A stretch of 64,000 nt of DNA from an uncultured Desulfosarcina sp. (GTDB lineage: Bacteria > Desulfobacterota > Desulfobacteria > Desulfobacterales > Desulfosarcinaceae), in contig CAXXWQ010000004.1 in the NCBI GenBank assembly GCA_963674945.2, forward strand, positions 2,720,001-2,784,000, written 5' to 3'. The notes under the pieces were generated by a model. It was not told where the DNA came from. It saw only the letters and a program-made list of their open reading frames with translations, and made no database searches. Every line of letters begins with the position of its first letter. The first letter of the stretch is position 1. Made by a program: the position numbers and the translations under genes. Below are positions 28,037 through 38,929 of the stretch, in pieces.

Positions 28037-29269
28037 TCAGCGTCTTAACAACCGACCGAAATTGAAACCCGGGGCAATAAGGGTTTCGGGTGGTACGCCG
28101 ATGGGCGTCCGGTTTTCGATCAACGCCCGGAGCACGCCCCCCTGTTCGATTTGATTGATCATCACGGCGCCCACAAGAAAATCTTCCTTGAAAACGAGCC
28201 GCCGGTAGAACCCCTTGCCGGCACCGCCAACCGCTGCGATTTGATAGGCTTCGCCCACCGGCGGGTTGGCAATGCCGACGGTGAGGACATCCAAATCGAA
28301 TACCCGCATCACATTGCGGCTGAGGCTGCCGGGATAGGCCACCGGTCGGCCGGCCATGTTCAAACCGGCCACCCGGCCCTGGTTTGCCGCCTCCGGCCAA
28401 AGGGCATTGACCCAATTACAGCCCCGGGCGATATCTTCCATTTCCGCCACGTCGCCGGCGGCAAAGACATCCGGTGCACTGGTGCGAAGATGTGCATCCA
28501 CGAGAATGCCCAAGTCCACTTTGATTTGATCCCGGGGAACGAAGGCCCGGGCCGGCAGCACCCCTTTGCCGATGATCACCATATCGCAGGGCAACCGGGC
28601 ACCATCATCGGTGAGGGCGACGCGGACCGTTCCATTGCCTTCGAAAGCGGTGACGCTCACCCCCACCTCGACCTTCAGGCCGTGCATAACCAACGCGTCC
28701 AGAATCATCCGCCCGGCGGTTTCGTCCACCTGCATGGAGAGCGGATATCCGGAAGTAATCAGCATGGTTACCGAAAGACCGCGCTTGAGAAGGCCGTAGG
28801 CTGCCTTGAATCCCACCAGGCCACCGCCCAATACGATGGCCCGGCGGGCACCGTCCAGGGCGGCCAGCTGGCGTTTCACCTGCGCCTGGGTGCGCATGTA
28901 AAAAATATTGGCAAGGTCCATGCCCGTTGCCTTCACCGGCCGGGGATCGGCGCCGGCGGCGAGGAGCAAACGATCGTACAAAACGGGTGGGGCCTCTTCG
29001 AAGGTAACCTGCCGGTTCTTTACATCGATGCCCGTTGCCCGCTTTCCGAGAAGCGCGGTGACCTTCAGATCCTCATAGAAGTGGTTTGAGCGGATGGGCA
29101 GCTTATCATGGGGTTGGGAACCGTCCAGCACATGGCTGATCATGGGACGGCTGTACGGGGGAAAGGTTTCATCGCCGATGATGGTAATTTGGGCGATTTC
29201 GTCCTGCTGCCGGATTGCCTCTGCCGCACAGACCCCGGCGATACCGTTTCCGATGATCACGTGTTTCAT
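28037..29269 (-). CDS. FAD/NAD(P)-dependent oxidoreductase (FNOR/NirB-N-like)
   Basis: IIGNGIAG, GGGLVG, TSAPDVFAAGDVAE. Confidence 0.9.
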   Translation of the reverse strand: MKHVIIGNGIAGVCAAEAIRQQDEIAQITIIGDETFPPYSRPMISHVLDGSQPHDKLPIRSNHFYEDLKVTALLGKRATGIDVKNRQVTFEEAPPVLYDRLLLAAGADPRPVKATGMDLANIFYMRTQAQVKRQLAALDGARRAIVLGGGLVGFKAAYGLLKRGLSVTMLITSGYPLSMQVDETAGRMILDALVMHGLKVEVGVSVTAFEGNGTVRVALTDDGARLPCDMVIIGKGVLPARAFVPRDQIKVDLGILVDAHLRTSAPDVFAAGDVAEMEDIARGCNWVNALWPEAANQGRVAGLNMAGRPVAYPGSLSRNVMRVFDLDVLTVGIANPPVGEAYQIAAVGGAGKGFYRRLVFKEDFLVGAVMINQIEQGGVLRALIENRTPIGVPPETLIAPGFNFGRLLRR

Positions 29270-29685
29270 CCAAATTCTCCCGCTTGCCCCGCGGACGATG
29301 ACCGAAAGGGAAAGCCATCGGATATGTATGATCCGGTACTTTCAAATATGCCGGGAAAAGGGCCGGCCCCGTCCAAAGGGACTGCCGAAAAGTGCACTTA
29401 GGAAAAAAACGACGACATGGAGCGTTTCGCAGCGCGAATCGTGGTGAATGAGCGATGATCGAGTATGTTCAAAGTTGTTATACTACCGGTGGAAGATCGT
29501 ACCGTCAAGGAAAAAGCCCGCCGTTGCCACACGGACAGTATTTCCACTGTTCCGTTTTTGAAAAGAGGATCTGGTTTCCTTGCGATGGGGCGAAAAAAAA
29601 GAAGGAAGGATGCGGACCGAGGGTCGGACCCAACATCTTTTCACCCCTCTTCCATCGTCCTTCGTCCCTCTATGGACGCGGCCGT

Positions 29686-32052
29686 TTACACGAAAAGGTA
29701 TTTTTCGATGGTAGATAGCAGAATTTCCGGCTGAATGGGTTTTGCCACATAATCGGTCATGCCCGCCTGAAGACACTTGTCCCGATCGCCTTCCAGAACA
29801 TGGGCGGTCATGGCGATGATGACCACCGCCGGATTCAATATCTTCGTGCCACGTTCCCGAATTTTTCGTGCGGCTTCCAATCCGTCCATGACCGGCATCT
29901 GAACATCCATCAGCACCAGATCATAGAATTTGGATGCAAGCGCTTCCAGCGCCTCCTCTCCGTTGGATACCGCGTCGGCGGCAAGCCCGAAGCGTTTCAG
30001 CATAACGAGGGCCAGCTTCCGATTGACAGGATTGTCCTCGGCAATCAGAATGGATTTTTCCCGTCGTTTCTTCTCCGACAACGAATGAACGGAAACGATG
30101 GGCTGGTCAATCCGCTCCTCTTGTCCATCGCTTTTTCGACTCATCACGGCTTCGATGCAATCCAACAGGAGTGATCGCCGCACTGGCTTTGTCAGGTATC
30201 CGGAAAAGCCGATGCGTTTCATTTCGGCAGCATCTCCACGAATGCCCTGGGAGGTGAGTATGATCATTCTGGTTTTCGCGAGCAGTGGATCGCCCTTGAT
30301 CCGTCGTCCCAGTTCGGCACCATCTACTTCGGGCATCATCATGTCGGTGATGACAAGGTCATACGGTCTGCCGGAAATGGCGGCGGTGCCCATGGCGGAG
30401 ATCGCCATGGCTGCGCCGGTCGCCGTATCGCAAGGACAGCGCCAACGATCCAGGTAACCACTCAGCACTTTGAGGTTTGTCCGGTTATCGTCCACGATTA
30501 ATATCCGTTTGTCTTTGAGATCTTCGGGTACGGTAAGGGGCTTATGCGGCATATCGCGCTGCCGTGCCAAAGAGACCCGAAACCAGAAGGTCGCTCCTTT
30601 TCCCGATTCGCTCGTGACCCCGATACTACCGTCCATGAGTTCCACCAGGCGTTTGGAGATGGCCAGTCCCAGGCCGGTGCCACCGTATTTGCGCGTGGAA
30701 GAGGTGTCCACCTGTTGAAAGGATTCGAACAATTTGGATTGATCGGCTTCACTTATACCGATGCCGGTATCCTCGACGCAGAAGCGAAGTGCGATACTTC
30801 GCGCAGACGCGCTTTCCAGAAATATTCGAAAAACGATCTCGCCCTTGCTCGTGAATTTGATCGCATTGGTGATCAGATTCATGATGATCTGACGCAGCCT
30901 TCCCGGATCACCCCGAAGCAGGGAGGGAACCTCCGGATCCATATGATAGACGAACTCGAGCCCTTTTTGATGAGCAAGCACGGCAGGTGCCGCGACCAGG
31001 TCGCCGATGGTATTTCTCAGATCGAAATCGATGATTTCCACATCCATCCCGCCCGCTTCGATTTTCGAAAAATCGAGGACATCATTGACGATTTCAAGAA
31101 GGCCGGTGGCACTGTTCTTGCCGGTGATGGCAAAATCACGCTGTTCGCGCGTCAGTGGCGTATCCAGCAGTAGATTGTACATGCCGATAATGCCGTTCAT
31201 GGGTGTGCGGATTTCGTGGCTCATGTTGGCCAGAAAGTGACTTTTTGCCCGGGTGGCCGCTTCCGCCCGCTCCTTGGCCTCTGCGAGTGCCACCTCCACC
31301 TCCCTGCGTTCGGTCATATCCCTGGCGATCCCGCAAATTCCTCTTCTTCTCCCCCCTGCATCCCGTAAAATGGAAACGGAGAACTCTAAAAAGCGGTTCG
31401 CCCCGTCGCTGCGGATGATTTCGCATTGCAGCGTCTGTTCCGATTTTCCGGACCGCAGGACCTTTTTTGTCGTTTCATATACATCTTCCACCACCTGGGG
31501 GTGCAACACGTCCCGAAAGGTCATCGAGGATAACGTCTTTCGATCATACCCGAGGATTCGACACATGGCATCATTGAAAGAGGAAAAGCGTCCTGCAAGG
31601 TCGAATTCGAAGTAGGCATCTTCCAAGGACGCGATGACGTTGCGGTAATGTTTCTCACGTTGCCCGAGACGCCGCTCCCGCGCCTTGTTTTCAAAGGCAA
31701 CGGCAAGAACGCCGGAGAGCATATGGGCATCGACGGCGCAAGACGGCAAATACCCACGGGCGCCATGTTTCGCCGCTTCCTCCGCCCGTTTCGGTTCTTC
31801 CGGCGCCGCCGATACAATGGTGAGGGAATCCGGTGCATCGCGACGCACGGCAATCAGCGTCTCGATACCCTTGCTGTCCGGCAGATCCAGATGCAACAAG
31901 ATGACGTCGTACTGCTTCGTTGATAGCGCCTCGCGGGCCTTGGCAAGCGTATCGACGACCGTCACCGCAAAAACCCAATTTTCTACTTCGGTTATGATTT
32001 TTCCCAGATGAGAAGCACAATCGATTCTGTTTTCAGCCAATAAGAGGTTCAA
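29686..32052 (-). CDS. Hybrid sensor histidine kinase (REC-PAS-HisKA-HATPase-REC-REC)
   Basis: [32 protein letters not shown], two C-terminal receivers; start uncertain. Confidence 0.92.
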   Translation of the reverse strand: MNLLLAENRIDCASHLGKIITEVENWVFAVTVVDTLAKAREALSTKQYDVILLHLDLPDSKGIETLIAVRRDAPDSLTIVSAAPEEPKRAEEAAKHGARGYLPSCAVDAHMLSGVLAVAFENKARERRLGQREKHYRNVIASLEDAYFEFDLAGRFSSFNDAMCRILGYDRKTLSSMTFRDVLHPQVVEDVYETTKKVLRSGKSEQTLQCEIIRSDGANRFLEFSVSILRDAGGRRRGICGIARDMTERREVEVALAEAKERAEAATRAKSHFLANMSHEIRTPMNGIIGMYNLLLDTPLTREQRDFAITGKNSATGLLEIVNDVLDFSKIEAGGMDVEIIDFDLRNTIGDLVAAPAVLAHQKGLEFVYHMDPEVPSLLRGDPGRLRQIIMNLITNAIKFTSKGEIVFRIFLESASARSIALRFCVEDTGIGISEADQSKLFESFQQVDTSSTRKYGGTGLGLAISKRLVELMDGSIGVTSESGKGATFWFRVSLARQRDMPHKPLTVPEDLKDKRILIVDDNRTNLKVLSGYLDRWRCPCDTATGAAMAISAMGTAAISGRPYDLVITDMMMPEVDGAELGRRIKGDPLLAKTRMIILTSQGIRGDAAEMKRIGFSGYLTKPVRRSLLLDCIEAVMSRKSDGQEERIDQPIVSVHSLSEKKRREKSILIAEDNPVNRKLALVMLKRFGLAADAVSNGEEALEALASKFYDLVLMDVQMPVMDGLEAARKIRERGTKILNPAVVIIAMTAHVLEGDRDKCLQAGMTDYVAKPIQPEILLSTIEKYLFV

Positions 32053-32241
32053 CCGTAGAATCCTTTCGGAAAATTGGTCACCGACGATTGGCCATATCGG
32101 TCATTTTGCCGCGAATCTTTAATGATCGGGCCGGAGCGCCATCGAATACTTCTTTCGGACCCTTTACACCGTCCGGTTTTTGTCTTACCCTTTGAAAATA
32201 CCATATTATCCATTGATTTTGACCATGACCGGGAGGCAGCC

Positions 32242-32528
32242 ATGAGCGGTACAATTTTTATCGAGAACGGCAAAAGGTCAAGGACGAAGACGGCCTTTAT
32301 ACTGCCGAGCCCAAAAAACACCCCGATGCCGCCTTTATCCCGGAGATCGGGGCCGGGAAGCCGATGGAAAGGGATCTGGATGACCTGGTCATCGAACGAC
32401 CGTTCCTGGAAATCAGCCAGAACAGCGAAGTGATCGACAAAGTGCAGATCACCAACGGGCTTGTGCCGGGTGATATCACCCGGGCGCTCAACGGTGAACG
32501 CGTGGACACGTTCATCCATCGCCAGTAA
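32242..32528 (+). pseudogene. Internally deleted molybdenum-storage-protein/uridylate-kinase-like gene
   Basis: RBS+ATG MSGTIFIENGKR, then in another frame from 32277 VKDEDGLYTAEPKKHPDAAFIPEIG...DLDDLVIERP...QITNGLVPGDITRALNGERVDTFIHRQ*. Confidence 0.7.
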
Positions 32529-32561
32529 ATTTCAACCATCAGAATCGAAGGTGACAGCTGG

Positions 32562-33473
32562 ATGGAAGAAGACCAAGATACCAAGAAGAACGCCCCTGAC
32601 GAGAAAGTGCCCGTTTGTTATTCCAGTGAAGAGGCACGGACAGTGCTGGACTCCTTGTCCGCCCACATCGCCATTGTCGATGCAAACGGGGTGATCCTGG
32701 ACACCAACTCGGCATGGCGCGCCTTTGCCGAGAAAAGCGGTATGCCCGAAGGATACGATTCCATCGGCGACAACTACCTGGATATCTGCGACGCGACCCG
32801 GGGAGAGGAGGGTGATCATGCCCGTTCAGTAGCCGCCGGAATCCGGGATGTGATCGACGGCCGGGTCGAAGAGTTTCTTTACGATTATCCGTGCCACGGC
32901 GACGACGGTCAGCACTGGTACTATATGCGTGCCATACGGATGGCGGGAAAAGGCCCCTTGCGGGTCGTGGTCAGCCATGAGGAGATTACGGCGCTCAAAA
33001 TCACCGAGGAGGCGCTCAGGAAGAGCCAGGCGCAACTGACAGACCAGAAGGTAGAACTGGAAGAGGCCAACATCGCCCTGAAAGTCCTTTTAAAACAGCG
33101 AGAGGGCGACAAGGCGGAACTGGAGCACAAGGTCATCACCAATATCAAGGAGACGGTGATGCCCTACGTGGAAAAACTCAAACGCGTCAATCTGAACCCC
33201 AAAGACAAGACAGTGGTGGAGATTATCGAATCCCACCTCAAGGATATCATTTCCCCCATGATGCAAAAGCTGGCAAACGCCAACATCATCCTTACCCCCC
33301 AGGAAATTCAGGTCGCCTCCCTGGTAAAGGACGGAAAGGCCAGCAAGGAGATCGCACAGATCCTGAACGTCTCAGAAACAACCGTTCATTTTCACCGCAA
33401 GAACCTTCGAAAGAAATTCGGCTTGAGCCACAGCCAGACCAATTTGAGAAGCTATCTGATCTCCATCTCTTAA
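32562..33473 (+). CDS. PAS-domain LuxR-family transcriptional regulator
   Basis: PAS region, coiled coil LEEANIALKVLL, HTH LTPQEIQVA...TVHFHRKNLRKK. Confidence 0.9.
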   Translation: MEEDQDTKKNAPDEKVPVCYSSEEARTVLDSLSAHIAIVDANGVILDTNSAWRAFAEKSGMPEGYDSIGDNYLDICDATRGEEGDHARSVAAGIRDVIDGRVEEFLYDYPCHGDDGQHWYYMRAIRMAGKGPLRVVVSHEEITALKITEEALRKSQAQLTDQKVELEEANIALKVLLKQREGDKAELEHKVITNIKETVMPYVEKLKRVNLNPKDKTVVEIIESHLKDIISPMMQKLANANIILTPQEIQVASLVKDGKASKEIAQILNVSETTVHFHRKNLRKKFGLSHSQTNLRSYLISIS

Positions 33474-33477
33474 GCTT

Positions 33478-33601
33478 GACGGCTTCGTAAAAAATCCGAT
33501 ATCGGCGTTACGCTTCGTCCCTCGTCACTGCGGCGAACTCTATGTACGCCTCATTCCTCGGGGCTCGCAAGCCTTGATCTCGAACTTTTTACAAAGCCGT
33601 C
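33478..33601. repeat. MITE-like repeat family A, copy 1 (inverted relative to copies 2 and 3)
   Basis: TIRs GACGGCTTCGTAAAAA / TTTTTACAAAGCCGTC; similar to 50570-50694 and 51560-51684. Confidence 0.85.
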
Positions 33602-33793
33602 CGAAACCCGAATTTTGCGCGTTCATCAAACTTCCTAACCAGCTCCGATATCTGGCTGATTCGCCATTTCTGGAAAGCCCATTGGTAGTTTTTTCCTCTC
33701 ACCAACCTGCTATGGGATTCACATGGCCGACGCATCCATGGGTGATTACTATCGTTGGACAAGGGGTGTGATTTCACATAATCGGAGGCGCTC

Positions 33794-34972
33794 ATGAAAA
33801 CTATCGACATGAACAGTGTGGCAGACATCGTTTTTCAACTCAAGTGGCATAGTGAAAATGCGACGCACAACGAGTGTTACGCCGCACGGGGCGTTAACCT
33901 TTGGCGGGATTGGCTTCCGGAAGACGTAAGAGAGGCGCTCATTGGCAAACAGGCATGGGACAAAGCATCCATCGGATTTTCACCGGGGGCTCTCTTCGGT
34001 CAGGACGGCGGTCCCGCAAAGATCGATCGCAGACGCCTGCGAGTAACGCCCAAGCCGGGTCGTTTTTATCCCAAGGGGCTGTTAAACGGATTTCCGGGTG
34101 TTTTTCCCCAGAACATGCAGCCATTTCGCTGTACAGGAATAAATAACGGCCATGTTGGCATCGACATGGCCCATCCACTCGCCCATCTTCCCCTTTCCCT
34201 CTCCATGACTGTCGGCCAGATTTCGGACAAGGAGAACGAAAGGGGCGGAAGCAGCGTCGATTGGGTCGGCATGCTCACAGATGGTCCGGGAATGCAGGCG
34301 CGTTGGCACAATCAACCCACCGATTTTTTCGACGGTGACGCCTTTTCCCGTCAAAACGAGCAGCAGGATGCCGAATTTTACGGCACACCGCGTCTGGTTC
34401 ATCATCTGGACCAGACAGCCCAGGACATGGTAGCCGATGTCTACAAGCGGTTCGTAGAAAGTGACATGAAGGTGCTGGATCTGATGAGTAGTTGGGTCTC
34501 CCACCTGCCGGAAGCGGTGAGGCCGGCCGAAGTGGTGGGACTGGGCATGAATCCCATCGAATTGGGTCACAATGAAAGGTTAACGGAAAACATAGTCCAC
34601 GACCTGAATGCAGATCCGATGCTGCCGTTTCCCGACAATGCCTTTGACGTGGCCCTGTGCAGCCTATCGGTGGAATACCTGATCCAGCCGCTGACCTTGT
34701 TCGCCGAGGTGGGTCGTGTCCTCAAGCCCGGCGCTGCCTTCGTGGTGACCTTTTCCAATCGCTGGTTCCCGCCCAAGGTGATCCGCATCTGGGAGAAGAT
34801 TCACGAATTCGAACGAATGGGCCTGGTCATGGAGTATTTCATTCGAAGCGGCATCTACGGCGACCTGGGGACCTACTCCATGCGAGGGCTTCCCCGACCG
34901 CGAGAAGACAAATACGCCGGAGAACAGATCTTCTCCGATCCGGTCTACGCCGTGTGGGGAAAAAAGAGATGA
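33794..34972 (+). CDS. Class I SAM methyltransferase with N-terminal SlyD/FKBP-like domain
   Basis: FYGTPRLVHHLD, VLDLMSSWVSHLP, FSNRWFPPK; N-terminal IDMAHPLA resembles SlyD DxNHPLAG. Confidence 0.8.
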   Translation: MKTIDMNSVADIVFQLKWHSENATHNECYAARGVNLWRDWLPEDVREALIGKQAWDKASIGFSPGALFGQDGGPAKIDRRRLRVTPKPGRFYPKGLLNGFPGVFPQNMQPFRCTGINNGHVGIDMAHPLAHLPLSLSMTVGQISDKENERGGSSVDWVGMLTDGPGMQARWHNQPTDFFDGDAFSRQNEQQDAEFYGTPRLVHHLDQTAQDMVADVYKRFVESDMKVLDLMSSWVSHLPEAVRPAEVVGLGMNPIELGHNERLTENIVHDLNADPMLPFPDNAFDVALCSLSVEYLIQPLTLFAEVGRVLKPGAAFVVTFSNRWFPPKVIRIWEKIHEFERMGLVMEYFIRSGIYGDLGTYSMRGLPRPREDKYAGEQIFSDPVYAVWGKKR

Positions 34973-35090
34973 CGGGGTAGATAAACCATTCGACACGTTA
35001 TTTAAGCTGAATCAAAGATGATGAACCCCTAAAAAGTCGCTGTTCGGACGGATTCGTCAAAGATAAAACCAAAGACATCCATACCTGGAG

Positions 35091-35483
35091 GTGAAGATGA
35101 ATGTAAGAACCTATTTTGAAGAGGCCAAAGGATTCGGTGTACTATCGACGGCCGACGGCAATGGCCTGGTAAACGCCGCTGTCTATGCCCGTCCCCGCGT
35201 CATGGATGACGGGAAACTTGCCTTTATCATGCGGGACCGCTTGTCACACCACAATCTGCAATCCAATCCACACGCGGCGTTCCTGTTTCGGGAGGAGGGG
35301 CCGGGATACAAAGGACTTCGGTTGCATCTGACCAAGACGCACGAGGAAACCGATACTCCGCTGGTAAAAGAGTTGTGCAGACGATGCCCCGACGAGGACA
35401 AACCGGATGCCGTTCGGCATCTGGTAGTATTTGCCGTCGACAAACAATTGCCCCTTATCGGCGCCGAAGAAACGAGTGACTAA
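35091..35483 (+). CDS. Pyridoxamine 5'-phosphate oxidase-like FMN-binding protein
   Basis: GVLSTADGNGLVN, NLQSNPHAAFLF. Confidence 0.8.
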   Translation: MKMNVRTYFEEAKGFGVLSTADGNGLVNAAVYARPRVMDDGKLAFIMRDRLSHHNLQSNPHAAFLFREEGPGYKGLRLHLTKTHEETDTPLVKELCRRCPDEDKPDAVRHLVVFAVDKQLPLIGAEETSD

Positions 35484-35526
35484 ATTGCATTTGAAAATGT
35501 GCGCCCGCAAATGATATGGTGCAAAA

Positions 35527-36477
35527 ATGGATGCCCGTATTAAAATCGGTGTCAGCACCTGTCTGTTGGGAGAAAAGGTTCGCTACGATGGCGGCCATAA
35601 GCACGACCGCTATATTACCCAGACGCTGGGCCAATATTTCACCTTCGTGCCGGTATGCCCGGAAAGCGAGTGTGGCCTCGGCATCCCCAGGGAGCCCATG
35701 CGGCTGGTGGGAGATGTCGATCACCCCCGGCTGGTCACCAACAAAACCGGCATCGATCTGACCGACCGAATGCTGTCCTGGATACCCGGTCGCCTTGCGT
35801 CCCTGGAAAAAGAAGAGCTGTGTGGTTTTATCTTCAAAAAAGGATCTCCCAGCAGCGGCCTGCACCGGGTCAAGGTTTACAACGAGAAGGGGCATCCCGT
35901 CATGAGCGGCCAAGGGCTATTCGCCGCTGCATTCACCCGAAGGTTCCCCCGCATTCCCGTCGAAGAGGAGGGGCGGCTCCACGATCCTACACTGCGGGAG
36001 AATTTCATCGAGCAGATATTCGCCCTTACGCGTTGGCGCCAGACCATCGCCAGGAAAAAATCCACGGGAAACCTGGTGGCATTCCACACGCGGGAAAAAC
36101 TGCTCCTCATGGCCCACAGCCCCCAGCACTACCGAAAAATGGGCCATCTGGTGGCGCAGGGAAAAGCAATGGGGGCAGGCGCCCTTTATGATGAATACGA
36201 AAAATCCCTATTCTCTGCGCTGAACCTGAAGGCGACTGTTTCCAAGCACGGTAATGTGCTCATGCACATTTTGGGATACTTTAAGAAACAACTTGCCGGT
36301 GACGAAAAAAAGGAGGTTCTTGACCTGATCCAGGAATATCGAAACGGCAACCTCCCACTGATCGTTCCCGTAACGTTGATGAACCATTTCGTCCGAAAAT
36401 ACCACCAGCCCTATCTTTCGGAACAGACCTATTTGAATCCCCACCCGATTGACTTGCGGCTGCGCAATCACGTCTGA
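35527..36477 (+). CDS. DUF523/DUF1722 (YbbK-YbgA, TudS-like) protein
   Basis: GVSTCLLGEKVRYDGGH, VCPE..GLGIPRE, KKGSPSSG, EEEGRLHD, FH..KLLLMAHS. Confidence 0.9.
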   Translation: MDARIKIGVSTCLLGEKVRYDGGHKHDRYITQTLGQYFTFVPVCPESECGLGIPREPMRLVGDVDHPRLVTNKTGIDLTDRMLSWIPGRLASLEKEELCGFIFKKGSPSSGLHRVKVYNEKGHPVMSGQGLFAAAFTRRFPRIPVEEEGRLHDPTLRENFIEQIFALTRWRQTIARKKSTGNLVAFHTREKLLLMAHSPQHYRKMGHLVAQGKAMGAGALYDEYEKSLFSALNLKATVSKHGNVLMHILGYFKKQLAGDEKKEVLDLIQEYRNGNLPLIVPVTLMNHFVRKYHQPYLSEQTYLNPHPIDLRLRNHV

Positions 36478-36675
36478 TGGCGTTCAATTAGCCCGTCAAA
36501 GGTACCTTCCGGCCATTGTCATCGAAACGCGCTGTTTTCTTTTTGTTGAAAAGGGAACGGTGGAGAACTATTGTAAGAAAAGAATCTGTGACGAGTGATT
36601 GCAAAGAAAAATTTCGCCATGATTCATGCTGTAAGCAAACATGACAAAATTCACCCCGACGGAAAGGAGATTGCA

Positions 36676-36876
36676 ATGACGGAAAAAAAATTCAAGCAAG
36701 TGTGCAAGTGCGAAAAATGCGGAAACGAAGCCGAAATGGTCATCACCTGTTCCCTGGAAGAGGAGAAGATGGAAACCGCCGAACCAAAGGTCGTGCCCAG
36801 AGGCCAGGGAACAACCGAAGCACATGCCGTTTGCAGCCACTGCGGCGGAGAGGCGGACATCTGGCTGGATGTCTGA
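36676..36876 (+). CDS. Small two-CxxC metal-binding protein
   Basis: CEKCGNEAEM and CSHCGGEADI; RBS AAGGAG. Confidence 0.75.
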   Translation: MTEKKFKQVCKCEKCGNEAEMVITCSLEEEKMETAEPKVVPRGQGTTEAHAVCSHCGGEADIWLDV

Positions 36877-36923
36877 TGCGAAGGAAGGCACACCATTGTA
36901 AAGACGGAAAAAGGTGTTAGCGC

Positions 36924-37625
36924 ATGAAAACGATCGGACTGCTTGGTGGAATGAGCTGGGAAAGCACCCAGACGTACTACCGGGCCATCAACGAAACGGT
37001 GAAAAGACGCCTCGGTGGCCTTCACTCGGCCGAGATCGTTTTGTACAGCGTCGACTTCGATCCCATCGAAAAGCTGCAGCAGGCGGGTGACTGGACAAAG
37101 GCCGGTAATGTGCTGTGCCGCGTGGCCCAGCGGATCGAGGCCGCCGGCGCCGATTTCCTCATGATCTGCACGAACACCATGCACAAGGTCGCCGACCAGG
37201 TGGCCGCGGCGATAAAGATCCCCCTGCTGCACATCGCCGATGCCACCGGAGAGGCGATAGAAAAGGCCGGCATTCGGCGCGTGGGCCTTCTCGGCACGGC
37301 CTTCACCATGGAGCAGGACTTTTATAAAGGCAGGTTAAAGGAAAAGTATGGGCTGGAGGTGGTGGTTCCCGACGAGAGCGACCGCCGGAAGGTTCACGAC
37401 ATAATTTTCCGGGAACTGTGCCTGGGTGATATCAGACCGCAATCCAAACAGGTGTATATCGACATCATCGACCGCCTGGCCCAAAAAGATGCGGAGGCCG
37501 TGATCCTGGGATGCACGGAAATCGGGCTGCTGATCAAGCAGGCCGAAACCCCGGTTCCCCTTTATGACACGACGTCCATCCATGCGGAAAAGGCTGTGGA
37601 GGTGGCACTTTCCGCGGCCCGATAA
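36924..37625 (+). CDS. Aspartate/glutamate racemase family (YgeA/RacX-like)
   Basis: MKTIGLLGGMSWEST, CTNTMH, ILGCTEI. Confidence 0.92.
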   Translation: MKTIGLLGGMSWESTQTYYRAINETVKRRLGGLHSAEIVLYSVDFDPIEKLQQAGDWTKAGNVLCRVAQRIEAAGADFLMICTNTMHKVADQVAAAIKIPLLHIADATGEAIEKAGIRRVGLLGTAFTMEQDFYKGRLKEKYGLEVVVPDESDRRKVHDIIFRELCLGDIRPQSKQVYIDIIDRLAQKDAEAVILGCTEIGLLIKQAETPVPLYDTTSIHAEKAVEVALSAAR

Positions 37626-37778
37626 AGTTTTTCCCGCCGACTCGTTTCTGTGAAGATGTGAAATGGGCCGTGTATATTTACATCCTGCGAATCCGTTTTG
37701 CGATCACCCACGTTCACCCATTTCGGGTCTGATGCGTTCGACGCTTTGCCGCAACAGTGACATGGGAGGGTTTTTGCC

Positions 37779-38807
37779 ATGAATTACAGACAATTAGGAA
37801 GAACAGGCCTGCTGGTCTCGGAGTTGTGTTTCGGGACCATGACATTCGGCGGGAAGGGTTTTTGGAAGGCGATCGGGCGGCAGCCCCAGGAGCTGGCGAA
37901 CGATCTGGTCGCACAGGCCCTCGATGCGGGTGTCAACTTCATCGATACGGCCAATGTTTACTCCGAGGGAATGAGTGAAGAGATTCTGGGAAAATCCTTG
38001 GGAAAACGCCGCAAGGATGTGGTGCTTGCGACGAAGGTGCACGGCCGCATGGGACCGGGGCCCAACGACATGGGATTGTCCCGCAACCATATCATGCAAT
38101 CGGTGGAAGAGAGTCTGACCCGATTGCATACCGATTTCATCGACCTGTACCAGATTCACGGATTCGATCCAATTACGCCCATCGAAGAGACACTCCGGGC
38201 CCTGGATGACCTGGTGCGCTCGGGAAAGGTGCGATATATCGGTTGCTCCAACCTGGCCGCCTGGCAGCTGATGAAGGCATTGTGGATTTCCGACAAATAC
38301 AACCTTCACCGCTTCGAAAGCCTGCAGGCCTATTACACCATCGCCGGCCGCGATCTGGAGCGGGAGATCGTACCCATTTTGCAGGACCAGAACCTGGGCC
38401 TGATGGTGTGGAGCCCCCTGGCCGGGGGACTGCTGTCCGGCAAGTACGAACGGAATGGCAGCGGCCCGGCAGGCGCCCGGCGCGTCGATTTCGACTTTCC
38501 GCCGGTGAACAAGGAACGTGCCTTTGACGTGGTGGATGCGATGCGGGAAATGGCCCGGGACAAAGATGCCACCGTGGCGCAGATCGCCTTGCGCTGGCTG
38601 TTGCACCAACCGGCTGTCACCAGTGTGATCGTTGGGGCCAAGACCCCGCAGCAACTGGCTGAAAACCTCGCCGCACCGGATGTTACCCTGACCGACGATG
38701 AACTGACGCGACTCAATACGGTGAGCACGCTTCCGGCGGAGTATCCCGGCTGGATGATCCGGACGCAGTCCCAAAATCGTTTTCCGAAAGAATCGACGGA
38801 CGAATAA
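37779..38807 (+). CDS. Aldo/keto reductase
   Basis: GTMTFG, DTANVY, IDLYQIH, WSPLAGGLL. Confidence 0.93.
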   Translation: MNYRQLGRTGLLVSELCFGTMTFGGKGFWKAIGRQPQELANDLVAQALDAGVNFIDTANVYSEGMSEEILGKSLGKRRKDVVLATKVHGRMGPGPNDMGLSRNHIMQSVEESLTRLHTDFIDLYQIHGFDPITPIEETLRALDDLVRSGKVRYIGCSNLAAWQLMKALWISDKYNLHRFESLQAYYTIAGRDLEREIVPILQDQNLGLMVWSPLAGGLLSGKYERNGSGPAGARRVDFDFPPVNKERAFDVVDAMREMARDKDATVAQIALRWLLHQPAVTSVIVGAKTPQQLAENLAAPDVTLTDDELTRLNTVSTLPAEYPGWMIRTQSQNRFPKESTDE

Positions 38808-38929
38808 TCGATTCAGCGACGGCCTTCATTGCGCGGATCGAAATCCTGAAGCCCGAACCTTCCCCACAAATTCATACACCACGGGTTTCCAAATTAAAGC
38901 ACTCACCTCGAACTGCCAATAAGTATCCC

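Noticed and set aside
32049..32584. ORF-track ORFs 32049..32519(-), 32074..32433(+), 32297..32584(-)
   Set aside because: Explained as alternative frames over the Mo-storage pseudogene
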